A DNA stretch of 64,000 bases from Mustelus asterias (Eukaryota): positions 434,001-498,000 of the forward strand of contig NW_027590109.1 in assembly GCF_964213995.1 (NCBI RefSeq), read 5' to 3'. The notes under the pieces are model-generated. The model made no database searches, was not told where the DNA came from, and was given only the letters and a program-made list of their open reading frames with translations. Positions 1-10,994 of this stretch are shown piece after piece (position 1 is the first letter of the stretch; each line of letters starts with the position of its first letter). The position numbers were made by a program, and so were the translations under genes.

Positions 1-1980
1 GAGAGCAGGAATGGAGTGAGGTGGAGGATGAATGCGTGGCTGAGGGACTGGAGCAGGGGGAAGGGATTCAGGATCGTGGATCACTGGGACCGCTTGAGGG
101 CAGGTGTGACCTGTACAAAAAAGACGGGTGGCACTTGAATCCCAGGGGTACCAATATCCTGGCAGGAAGGCTGGCTAAGGCTCCTGGGGAGAATTTAAAC
201 TAGAAAGGTTGGGGGGAGGGAATCGAGATGAGGTGACTGGGAGCGAGGAGGGTAGCCCGCAAATAGAGAAGGATTGTAGACAGTGGAATAGAGATAATAG
301 ACGGGTGAAATAGAAGGGGAGAGCTCAGACCAAAGGTTTGAGATGTGTCTATTTTAACGCCAGGAGTGTAGTCAATAAAGTGGATGAGCTTAGAGTGTGG
401 ATCGATGCTTGGCAGTGTGATGTGGTGGCAATTGCAGAGACTTGGGGACAGGGACAGCGCTGGATACTTAATGTGCCGGGTTTCAGATGTTTCAGAAAGG
501 ACAGAGAGGCAAAAGAGGGGGTGGGTGGAGTGGCACTGCTGACCAGGGATAGTGTCACAGCTGTAGAGAAGGGGGATGCCGTGGAGGGATTGTCTACGCA
601 GTCTCTGTGGGTGGAAGTTCGGAGCGGGAAGGGGTCGATAACTTTGCTGGGTGTTTTCTACAGGCCACCCAATAGTAACAGGGATGTTGAGGAGCAGATA
701 GGGAAACAGATCCTGGAGAGATGTAGTAATAACAGGGTTGTCGTGATGGGAGACTTTTAATTCCCAAACATCGGTTGGAATATCCCTAGGGTAAGGGGTT
801 TGGATGGGGAGGTGTTTGTAAGGTGTGTTCAGGGGGGTTTCTTGACGCAGCACAAGAGGAGAGGCTGTTCTCGATCTGGTACTGGCTAATGAGCCTGGAC
901 AGGTGTCGGATCTCTCAGTGGGGGAGCATCTTGGGGATAGTGATCATAACACGATCTCCGTTATGCGAGCATTGGAAAGAGATAGGATCAGGCAAGCTAG
1001 GAAGGTGTTTATCTGGAGTAAGGGGAAACATGAATCCATCAGGCAGGAGACTCGAGGCGTAAATTGGAAGGAGGTATTCTCAAGGAAAAATACCGAAGTA
1101 AGGTGGCAGATTTTCAAGATATATTTGTCTAGAGTTCTACATGACAACGTTCTGATCAGACAGGGAGGTTTGGTAGGTTACGGGAACCGTGGTGCACGGA
1201 AGCTGTGCTGAACCGAGTCAAAAAGAAAAGAAAAGGGTACAAAAGGTTCAGAGAGCTAGGGGTAGATAGGGATCTACATGAGTATACGGCTTGTAGGAAT
1301 GGATCACGGCCATTCCCGGGTCTCGGTAAAGTGGACAACTGCGTGGATGCAGGTCGGATCGCGTTAGTGACCTCACACCCGACTTTACCACGTTTTCCCG
1401 TCCAAATTCGGGCGCGAAGAAATTGTAAAATTGGGCCCATAGTGTTCAATTCCAGTCGCCACACTACCAGAAGGATGTGGAGGCTTTGGCGAGCGTACAG
1501 AGGAGATGCCTGGCATGGAGGGCATTATCTATGAGGAGCGGTTGGATAAACTTGGTTTGTTCTCAATGGAACGACGGAGGGGCGGGGGGGGGGGGGGGGG
1601 GGGCGGGGTTGGAGTCAAGATTATGAGAAGCCTGGGCAGAGTGGATAGTCAGAAACTTTTTCCCAGGTTGGAAGAGTCAATTACGAGGGGGCATCTGATA
1701 AAGGTGCGAGGGGAAAGGTTTAAAGGAGGTGTACGGAGCAGGTTTTTTTACACAAAGGGTGGTGGGTACCTAGAACACGCTGCCTTGGGAAATAATGGAA
1801 GCAGATGCAACAGTGACTTTTGAGGGGCGTCTGGACAAATACATGAATAGGATGGGAATCGAGGGATATGGTCCCTGGAAGGGTAGGGAGTTTTAGTTCA
1901 GTCAGACAGCTTGGTCAATTCAGGCTTGGAGGGCCGAAGGGCGTGTTCCACTGCTGCAATTGTCCTTGTTCTTTGGTCTT
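1..1980 (+). mobile_element. Degraded CR1/HER1-type LINE: end of ORF1 (SGNH esterase-like), APE endonuclease, large internal deletion, 3' end
   Basis: ORF 21-203 has DGWHLNPRGTNILAGRL (CR1 ORF1 esterase end). ORF 338-760 has YFNARS..AIAETW..FYRPP..VMGDF (APE). The C-terminus resumes near 1440 and ends in gggccgaagggc..ttgttcttt. Confidence 0.93.
1297..1438. mobile_element. Non-LINE, CpG-rich insert at the LINE deletion junction; possible half of a MITE
   Basis: Unrelated to the flanking LINE frame. Contains an internal inverted match (ggtaaagt / actttacc) and ends in gtaaaattgggccc. Confidence 0.4.
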
Positions 1981-2579
1981 TCTTCAATTGTCATTTCTGA
2001 CGTTTATCCAGTATTTTTACCCCTATGCTCTGCCACATGAGTTCTTATTGCATCGGAAAGTTTTTTTTTTAAATCCTGCGCATAAATCACTTCTCTCAGA
2101 GTTTCATCCGTCTTGGCTATTTTCAAAGCCCTTATCCACTTGTCAAAATTATTCGGATGGATCCTTTCAATTTCTATGTACGTTTGACAACGTTCTTTCC
2201 TTAGATTTCGAATCCATTTTCTGTAGCCTTCTGGCATCAGCTCAGATGCACCCACGATGGCCTTTTGCATCATAATTCCCAGATACCCCTTCTGATAGTG
2301 ACGCAAACACCTCACTCGCTCTACTTCCAAACTTATTTTGCTTCTTTATCCTTCTAATCAAACCTTGACAACGCTTATACATATTTCAATTGATCCCCAC
2401 TTGGCCTTTGACTGAGGCGGCCTTACTCTTCCTCAACGCCTGCATGACTGGTCCCAAACTATATGTTTCCCCGTACCTCCGCCATTTTAATTGACGTTCA
2501 CTTTTTATTTCCGGTGCCCGAATTTCATAAGCTCTCACTTTTTCCGATTTTTTCTCCTTTCATTTGGCGCCGTGTTGAT

Positions 2580-2881
2580 GGCACGGTGGCGAAATGGTTA
2601 GCACTGATGCCTCACAGCATCAGGGACCCAAGTGTGATTCCCGATTTGGATCACTGTCTGTGTGTAGTTTGCACATTCTTCCTGCGTTGCGTGGGTTTCC
2701 TCCGGGTGCTCTGGTATCCTGCCACAGACCAAAGATGTGCAGGTTCGGTGAGTTGGCCATGCGGAAATATCCCTCATACCCAAACAGGCCCCACAGTGTG
2801 GATACGTGGGGATTTTCACAGTAACTTCATTGTGGTGTTCAATTAAGTCTGCTTGTGACTGATAAATAAACTTTACTTTAA
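2580..2881 (+). mobile_element. HE1-related tRNA-derived V-SINE with alternative 3' tail, inserted in Gypsy gag
   Basis: Head ggcacggtggc..tggttagcactg (A box), V domain gtttgcacattct..gggtttcctccgggtgctc, tail cttgtgactgataaataaacttt. Confidence 0.9.
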
Positions 2882-3262
2882 TTTTTAGGGCGATCCTTTC
2901 ATTTACTTTTTCCTCAACCTGCATTTTAAGCTGTCCTATCTCGTCTTCTATCTGGAATTCAAACTGTTTCAATTATTTTGCTTGTTGTTCTTCCATTTCT
3001 CTGTCTTTTCCTACTGCAATTGCATCCTTTTATTGGGCTTTGGTGATATCTCTCATTCCTTGCTTAGAATTCGAGCTGCTTCATTTCAAGTTGACTTCTA
3101 ACCATTACCAAAGATTCTGCCTGTGTTTCTGGCAATTTTCAATGCTGAGCTATTGCTAGAATTATCTACTACCCTGCCTTGCGCCGTCAGGTGATATCAA
3201 CTGCAACATTTTTGCCTATTCCGAAATCTTCGTTTTAGTCACCTCTTGCAAACCACCCTCCT

Positions 3263-3430
3263 TGATTTCTACCACCCCAGCCTCCGAATAAACCTTTATT
3301 TCACAAGTTATTCCTATTTCAACCTGAATAGGAGATCTGAAATGAAAATGATTTCTACCATCCTTTGCCTCCGAACAAACCTTTATTTCACAAGTTATTC
3401 CTATTTCAACCTGAATAGGAGATCTGAAAT
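3263..3430. repeat. Two-copy tandem duplication (about 87-bp period) next to the LINE 5' junction
   Basis: aaacctttatttcacaagttattcctatttcaacctgaataggagatctgaaat occurs twice, ending at 3343 and 3430. Confidence 0.95.
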
Positions 3431-6400
3431 TATTAGTTGGAGAGCATATTACAGCGGTGCAGAGGGAGGACAATTCAGAGGGTCGTGTAACGAGTCACTC
3501 TGGGTGAAGCTTAGAAACAGGAAAGGCGCAGTCACTATGTTGGGGGTGGATTACAGGCCCGCCAACAGCCCAAGGGAAGTGGAAGAATGGATATGTCAGG
3601 AGATACTGGATAGGTGCAGGAAATATAGGGTTGTTGTAGTGGGAGACTTCAATTTCCCTGGTATAGACTGGAAATCGCTGAGGGCAGGGTCTCTGGATGG
3701 GGAGGAATTTGTAAAATGTGTACAGGAGGGTTCGTTGGAACAATATGTAGACAGCCCGACTAGAGAGGGGGCTATACTGGACCTGGTACTGTGGAATGAG
3801 CTCGGTCAGGTCTTCAATGTTTTGGTAGGGGAACATGTGGCAAATAGTGACCACAATTCTGTTAGCTTTAGGATAGTGATGGAAAAGGATGAGTGGTGTC
3901 CCAAGGGTAAGGTGCTGAATTGGGGGAAGGCTAACTTTACTGGGATCAGGCAGAAATTGGCAGCTTTTGATTGGGAGAGGCTGTTTGAGGGTACATCCAC
4001 ATCTGGTATGTGGCACTCTTTTAAGGAACGGTTGTTAGGGCTACAGGACACGCATGTGCCGGTAAAAAAGAAGGATAGGAAGGGTAGGATTAGAGAACCG
4101 TGGATAACCAGGGAAATTGAGGGACTGGTCAAAAAGAAAAGAGAGGCGTATGTTAGGTCCAAGCAGCTAAAAACGGAGGGAGCTCTGGAGGAGTACAAAG
4201 AAAGTAGGAAAGTACTCAAACGGGGAATTAGAAGAGCAAAAAGGGGTCACGAAATGTTCTTGGCAGACAGGATTAAGGAGAATCCCAAGGCATTTTATTC
4301 ATACGTTAGGAACAAAAGGGTTGTTAGGGAAAAAATCGGACCTCTCAGGGACAAAAGTGGGGACTTATGCTTGGAGCCCAAAGAAGTAGGGGAGATCCTA
4401 AATGAATACTTTGCGTCAGTATTCACAAAGGAGAGGGATGTGTTGACTGGGAGTGTCTCGGAGGGGAGTGTTGAACCGTTGGAGAAAATCTCCATTACAA
4501 AGGAGGAAGTGTTAGGTTTGTTAGAGAATATAAAGACTGACAAATACCCAGGGCCTGATGGAATCTATCCAAGGCTGCTCAGGGAGACGAGAGGTGAAAT
4601 CGTTGGGCCTCTGACGCAAATCTTTGTCTCGTCACTGGACACAGGTGAGGTCCCAGAGGATTGGAGGATAGCCAATGTGGTCCCGTTATTTAAGAAGGGT
4701 AGGAAGGATAACCCGGGTAATTATAGGCCGGTGAGCTTGACGTCCGTGGTGGGGAAGTTGTTGGAGAAGATTCTTAGAGATAGGATATATGCGCATTTAG
4801 AAAGGAATAAACTCATTGACGATAGTCAGCATGGTTTTGTGAGAGGGAGGTCATGCCTCACTAACCTGGTGGTGTTTTTTGAAGAAGTGACCAAAATGGT
4901 TGACGAAGGAAGGGCCGTGGATGTTGTCTATATGGACTTTAGTAAAGCGTTTGACAAAGTCCCTCATGGTAGGCTAGTGAAAAAGGTTGGATCTCATGGG
5001 ATAAAGGGGGAGGTGGCTAGATGGGTGGAGAACTGGCTTGGTCATAGAAGACAGAGGGTGGTAGTGGAAGGGTCCTTTTCCGGCTGGAGGCCTGTGACTA
5101 GTGGTGTACCGCAGGGCTCTGTATTGGGACCTCTGCTGTTTGTGATTTATATAAATGATCTGGAAGAAGGAGTAACTGGGGTGATCAGTAAGTTTGCGGA
5201 CGACACAAAACTGGCAGGACTTGCAGATAGTGAGGAACATTGTCAGAGGCTACAGAAGGATATAGATAGGCTGGAAATTTGGGCAAGGAAATGGCAGATG
5301 GAGTTCAATCCTGATAAATGCGAAGTGATGCATTTTGGTGGGAATAATGTAGGGAGGAGCTACACGATAAATGGAAGAACCATTAAGGGTGTAGAGACGC
5401 AGAGGGACCTGGGTGTGCAAGTCCACAGATCTTTGAAGGTGACGTCACAGGTGGAGAAGGTGGTGAAGACGGCATATGGCATGCTTGCCTTTATAGGACG
5501 GGGCATAGAGTATAAAAGTTGGGTTCTGATGTTGCAGATGTATAGAACGTTGGTTCGGCCGCATTTGGAATACTGCGTCCAGTTCTGGTCGCCACACTAC
5601 CAGAAGGACGTGGAGGCTTTGGAGAGAGTACAGAGGAGGTTTACCAGGATGTTGCCTGGTATGGAGGGGCTTGGTTATGAGGAGAGATTGGGGAAACTGG
5701 GGTTGTTCTCCTTGGAAAGACGGAGGATGAGGGGAGACCTAATAGAGGTGCATAAAATTATGAAAGGCATAGATAGGGTGAACGGTGGGAAGCTTTTCCC
5801 CGGGTCGGTGGTGACGTTCACGAGGGGTCAAAGGTTCTAGGTGAAGGGGGGGAGGTTTAACACAGATATCAGAAGGACATATTTTACACAGAGGGTCGTG
5901 GGGACCTGGAATGTGTTGCCGGGCAAGCTGGTGGAGGCGGACACACTGGGAACGTTTAAGACTTATCTAGACAGCTATATGAACGGAGTGGGAATGGAGG
6001 GATACAAAAGAGTGGTCTAGTTTGGACCAGGGAGCGGCGCGGGCTAATTGTTCTTTGTTTCTCGTTTCAAGGCTTCATTCTATGATCATCTTGCTGGTGC
6101 CAGTACAGAGCGAGACTGCGGATAGTTGGGAACCTGTCTCGGGGGCAGGGAATTCAGATGGTGTTCGTAAATCAGAAGGGGAAACGAATAGGGTTGGGAA
6201 GCATTTTCTGATCTGGGCCAGTGTGATCTCCTGGACTCGTTTCGATCGCCTCAGGGGGTCGGAGAGGAATTGTCCAGATTTTTTTTCCCCATATTGGCCC
6301 TGGGGTTTTCACTCTGGGTTTTCGCCTCTCCCTGGAGATCACATGGTCTGGAATGGGGGGTGGGGGTGAGTTAATAGGTTGTGATGAACAAAGCATCGTA

Positions 6401-6560
6401 GCTGTGAGGGACAGCTCGGTGGATAGGATATTAGGTTGTAGACAGGCTGGAAAATTGGGCGGGGATCCTGGATTCAGGATTCAATCCTGGACTGGGGAGC
6501 GGCGCGGGCTCGGAGGGCCGAAGGGCCTGTTCCTGTGCTGTATTGTTCTTTGTTCTTTGT
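3431..6560 (+). mobile_element. Young 5'-truncated CR1/HER1-type LINE with extended 3' UTR
   Basis: Long open ORF2, 3' motif gggccgaagggcctgttcctgtgctgt and (ttctttg)n tail. It interrupts the Gypsy leader. Confidence 0.97.
3482..6020 (+). pseudogene. CR1 ORF2 (partial APE plus complete reverse transcriptase); one premature TAG at 5838-5840, natural stop at 6018-6020
   Basis: Motifs VGDFN, SDHN, GPDG, NYRPVSLTS, QHGF, MDFSKAFDKV, GVPQGSVLGP, FADD, RPHLEYC. The frame continues past TAG as VKGGRF..YFTQRVVGTWNVLP..FKTYLD. Confidence 0.95.
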
Positions 6561-6643
6561 CTTTGAAAAGAAAACACAAATATGCTCACCACTCACTGTC
6601 TTTGAATCCAAAAATCCTCAAGCAATCAAGGAAGATAAATTTT

Positions 6644-6661
6644 AATCCCGGATGTGCCCAC
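6644..6661 (-). promoter_or_regulatory. Degenerate tRNA-Pro primer-binding site of Gypsy copy 1
   Basis: Plus-strand atcccggatgtgccca resembles ATCCCGGACGAGCCCCCA (3' end of tRNA-Pro) and lies between the leader and the LTR-like region. Confidence 0.55.
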
Positions 6662-6662
6662 T

Positions 6663-7250
6663 ATTCTTATAATCTATGTCAGAAACTCCAATGCATTTTA
6701 TGATTTGAGCCTAGACCATCTGTTTTGCACTTTGAAATTTGCTAGAGAAAGCATGAGATGTTTCACTTCAGGCATGATTCAAGTGACCCTCTAAGGAGCT
6801 TTTAGAAAACACATTTTATTTGAGAATAGTCAACACATAGAAAGCAAATTAGCACGAACTTGTATCAATTACAAATAACGAAACACCAACCACGATTTGT
6901 GTAAACCTTAACAACGAAATGGACTCTTCCATTTAAACAAGCCCCATAAACAGAGACTCTCTTTGGGTTAGCACAGGAAGATCTTATTCTCACGTTTTGT
7001 TAATGGATTCTGCAGGTAATTTAAAGCACACCCAGGCATGCTTGAATTTAGAACAACTTCCCAAAATACCAGGGAGATGGATCCAGAACACTGCATCCAG
7101 CCCGAAATCCACACACCTTCTAACTAATCAGCAACCAAACTGACACTAAGCATAATGGGTGAAAGAAAAGAACTATCCCACCTCGTCTGTCAATCAATCT
7201 TCCCATCACACTTCAAACGGTCATAAACTCCGAGAAAGACATGTTTCTAA
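6663..7250 (-). mobile_element. Putative LTR of the Gmr1-like element
   Basis: Adjacent to the PBS. Its first bases (atctatgtcagaaactcca) recur beside the second copy's PBS-like site (atctaggtcagaaactcca, ~10931). The far boundary is uncertain. Confidence 0.5.
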
Positions 7251-7450
7251 AAAATAAAAGAATGATGGATATAGGGAACAGATGGTGAGGTGCATTTCCG
7301 ACCAGGGAGAGATCAGCCATGATGTGATTGAATAGCAGAGCAGGTTCGAAAGTCTGAATTTTCTTACTTTTGCTCCTAATTTCTCTGAAGTGGTACAAAC
7401 TATTTGGCTTCAGAAAGACTGAAATATCCTGTGCCCTTTCGGATAAAAGC

Positions 7451-8235
7451 ACATAAGAGCATAAGAACTAGGGGCAGGAGTAGGCCATCAGGCCCCTCGA
7501 GCCTGCTCCGCCATTCAATAAGATCGTAGCTGATCTTTTTGTGGACTCAACTCCACTTACCCGCCCGCTCACCATAACCATTAATTCCTTAACTGTTCAA
7601 AAATGTATCTATCCTTGCCTTATAAACATTAAATGAGGTAGCCTCAACTGCCTCACTGGGCAGGGAATTCCACAGATTCACAACCCTTTGTGTGAAGAAG
7701 GTCCTCCTCAACTCAGTCCTAGATCGGCTTCCCCTTATTTTGAGGCTATGCCACCTAGTTCTAGTTTAAGCCGCCAGTGGAAACAACTTATCTGCTTCTG
7801 TCTTATCTATTCCCTTCATAATCTTACATGTTTCTCTCAGATCTCCCCTCATTCTTCTGAATTCCAAAGAATTTCAGTCAACGCAGTCTCTCCTCATCAG
7901 CCAACCCTCTCAACTCCGGAATCAACCTGGTGAATCTCCTCTGCACCCCCTCCAGTGCCAGTGTATCCTTTCTCAAGTAAGGAGACCAAAACTGTACAGT
8001 ACTCCAGGTGTGGCCTCACCAGCACCTTGTACAGTTGCAACATAATCTCACTATTTTTAAACACCATCCCTCGAGCAATGAAGGACAAAATTGCATTTGC
8101 CTTCTAAATTACCTGCTGCACCTGCAAACCAATTCCTTGAGATTCCTGCACAAGGACACCCAGGTCTCTCTGCACAGCAGCATGCTGCAATTTTTTACCA
8201 TTTAAATAATAGTCAATTTTGCTGTTATTCCTACC
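7451..8235 (-). mobile_element. CR1 LINE 3' fragment
   Basis: Reverse tail cataagagcataagaa; ORF 7897-8088 LYKVLVRPHLEYC; ORF 8104-8310 VQRDLGVLV. Confidence 0.95.
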
Positions 8236-8239
8236 AGTC

Positions 8240-9770
8240 AACCAGTCGTGCCATTCAACTTTGAGTGAATCAAATCTTGAGAAAAAAACAAGATTGTCAC
8301 ACCTTCTCAATGCAGTCGGTCAACCGACGAATAGAATGAGCCTGATTTTGTAACAGCAGTAATTTCCCTGGAGTCCACACATAATTATTTGTACCATCTG
8401 CATTTGGTCCTATCACTATGGGTGAACTCCCCTCGCTGAAAGTCAATTTAATTATCTCATTTTGAGCATACTTTCAATCTTCTTTTGAAACTGCACTAAT
8501 TTTAGAGTGTTAAGTCTAGAAGGATGCTGTTTAATTGGAACAGCATTTCCCTCATCTCCATCAGGTATAACAATTCAAGCAAGTGCGACTTATTTCCATA
8601 TACCTGTCCATGTGATATCAATAAATCTTCCAGGTCATTTCAATTTTCAACTAGAAGGTAACTCAATCATTTATCCCAATTTCTGATGACATCCTCGTCA
8701 TCTGGTTCAATTTGCGAAATGGCAAATTCAGTGCCATGTTTACCCGGTTCTTCACTCTGAGCTACAACCACAAAAACATCCTACTTCTGGTTTCCTCACC
8801 TCGCCAAATACATTTTAAGCATTTACACGTGACACGGTCTGTGACCTTTCCTTCTATTTGGCGTTCTTATCAAATAATTCACCTCACTCAGTTTACTTTC
8901 AATTTCATGAAGCCAATAAACCTTGCTTTCAAAAGATTCACCTGACACTGGTGGCAATAGGAAGACGTTATCCCCACTAGCGTAACTACGGATTTTGGAT
9001 TCTTATCCTATTTCTCTTTCATCTCATGTTGTGCCAGTTTTAAATGTTATCTGTCCAATTCATCTGCAGTTTTCAATATTTCCCTCAAATTTGACACATC
9101 AAATCAGATCAGCCATGATCTTATTGAATGGTGGGGCAGGCTCGAGGGGCTAGATGGTCTACTCCTGCTCCTATTTCTTATGTTGTTATGTTCTTCTGTT
9201 CTTATCATCCAATAATGAATTCTCAGAAAACTGACTCACATTGACTAATTTAAGTGGCCCTCTTACCTCATGATCAAAAGTCAATTAAAATGTTCTGAAT
9301 TAGTTTGACTCATTAGGAGCATCCCTAATTGCAAAGAAAACAAAAAGAATTCCTTTATCCGAATCCTTTGGATAATCTTGACAAAAAGCCCTCAAAATTG
9401 GCTTTAAAGTTTCATGCCACCGATCTAACGCTCCCTGTGATTCTGGATGGCCCACAGTCGATTTACACTGTTTCACTCCCAAGCTATCCGTAACTTCCTT
9501 GAATAACTCTGGTGTAAAAAAATTACCTTTGACTTGATTATATTTATATGGGTAATCCATAACTCAGATATAAAAGTGAGCAATTCCTCTGCAATCCTTT
9601 TAGCGGTAATATTGCTTCATGAAATGGCCATTGGAATACAATGAGACATGTCCATTCAAATCAATAGACAGTGATTCCCGCTCCTCGTTTTTGTGAGGGG
9701 TCCTACATAAGTAGTAAAGGCCATGCAAAAGGGTCCTCAATTGCTGGAATGGTTATTAACGGTTTTAGCG
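8240..9770 (-). mobile_element. Gypsy pol relic with integrase upstream of RT (Gmr1-like order), copy 2
   Basis: Integrase core HPESQGALDRWHETLK..FAIRDAPNES (9300-9560). GPY/F-like region LKARF..KLSEVNYLIRTPNRR (~8850-8950). RT start PIKQHP..SPIVI.P..DGT..DCIEKV..FDSLKVEWH (~8240-8550). Confidence 0.85.
9103..9200 (+). mobile_element. Short CR1 3'-terminal insertion in Gypsy pol
   Basis: atcagccatgatcttattgaatgg..ggctcgagggg..cctgctcctatttcttatg. Confidence 0.85.
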
Positions 9771-9810
9771 GCACTGGAGGTTTCCCTCTTGTTGGTGGGG
9801 TGACCAGTAC

Positions 9811-10350
9811 TGTCAGGAAATCTCAACGGAAGATTCATGAAGCCAGTGCTTCTGAAGCAAAGCCATATCTTTATTTAACCGACAGCTACTTGGAGATGAC
9901 CTGAGAATCGAGTGAGCTCTCAAACGAACCAACCTCATCATTTTGATTAGGTCTGAAGTTTACAATTCAAAACGGATAAATTATAGTTTTTTTATCAATC
10001 ATTCCCATCTTAACTTAGTTTAAAATCAACCATCTTTAATAAGCACAGATCAATAATAGTCCTTGTCACTCACCTCAGCAAATTGCATTTTACCATTCCG
10101 CATAATGTTATCTCATTTGTCCATTAAATCCAGATACTAATTCCCATCGTGGGTGAAGTCACTTCCCCTTTGCCAGGTTACCCTAAACGCTCACTATAAG
10201 TGTCAAAGTGAACGTTCCCACCGGATAATTGCCAAACTGGATAGACACGTGATCCCGTATTAGGGCACATGTTCCTTCCAGAGCCCATTCATGAAGTTGC
10301 AACATTTGTTCCCGCACTAGAAACTTTATGACATGATTCTTGCTTACTAT
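9811..10350 (-). mobile_element. Possible unrelated solo LTR or other repeat interrupting Gypsy copy 2
   Basis: Non-coding, starts with tgt, has a reverse AATAAA near 9870 and separates the integrase and gag pieces. Confidence 0.3.
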
Positions 10351-10960
10351 CGGCTTCCCAAAGTTTTGGCTCTGAGTTGTTCTTGTTCCCCTTGGTCTAT
10401 GCGCTCACTTTCTTTTTTTCGTCTCTGAATTCAAACAGATTCACTTCATTTTCTTGCTAAAATTTGAACTCTTTCAATTATGCTGCTTGCTGTTCCTCAC
10501 TTTCTTTTATTTCGAATTCAAGCTGCTTCAATTATTCTTCATGTTCCAGCTCTTTCGTTTGTCGTTGAACTCCAGCCATTTCGAATGATTCTGAATGCAT
10601 TTTTGGCAATTTTAGATGCTGTATTATCGCCACAATTATCTCCCCTTTCCTTACACTGTTAGCTAATATCAACTGCAACTTTTTTGCCATTTCCAAAAGT
10701 TTTGTTTTAGTCACCTTTTGCAAAAGAATCTGCATGACTTCTTCCACTCCCAGGAATTTCTTAGCCTCTGAAAGTGCAATTTTTTCACAAGTCATCCCTA
10801 TTTAAACCTGAATACAGCATCTGAAATTAAAACACACATATGCTCACCACTCACTGCCTTGAAGTCCCCTAACCAAAAATAAATATAGGATTATAGATTT
10901 CAATCTTTCAAAGAGCAGCCAAATGTTCTGATCTAGGTCAGAAACTCCAGACTGCAACAA
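10350..10960 (-). mobile_element. Gypsy gag N-terminus, leader and PBS/LTR edge, copy 2
   Basis: ORF 10532-10795 ALSEAKKFLGVEEV..LQKVTKTKLLEMAKKLQL. Leader atatgctcaccactcactg is identical to the one at ~6580. Confidence 0.8.
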
Positions 10961-10994
10961 AAAACATAGAAAACATAGAAAACTGCAGCACAAA

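Larger units (their letters stand above)
1985..3430 (-). mobile_element. Gypsy (Gmr1-like) LTR retrotransposon gag and 5' leader, degraded, copy 1
   Basis: ORF 2004-2330 QKAIVGASELMPEGYRKWIRNLRK..QTYIE..FDKWIRAL resembles the Gmr1/SCAN-like gag motif AYELVPEAYRQKFR..FDRW. A coiled-coil N-terminus (LQEVTKTK) is shared with 10532-10795. Confidence 0.8.

Noticed and set aside
200-853. 217-aa and other minus-strand ORFs over LINEs
   Set aside because: Antisense shadows of CR1 coding sequence with no independent motifs.
3246-3481. Novel N-terminal domain on the 864-aa RT ORF (repeated NLYFTSYSYFNLNRRSE)
   Set aside because: Read-through of the antisense Gypsy leader duplication from a TTG start; not part of the LINE protein.
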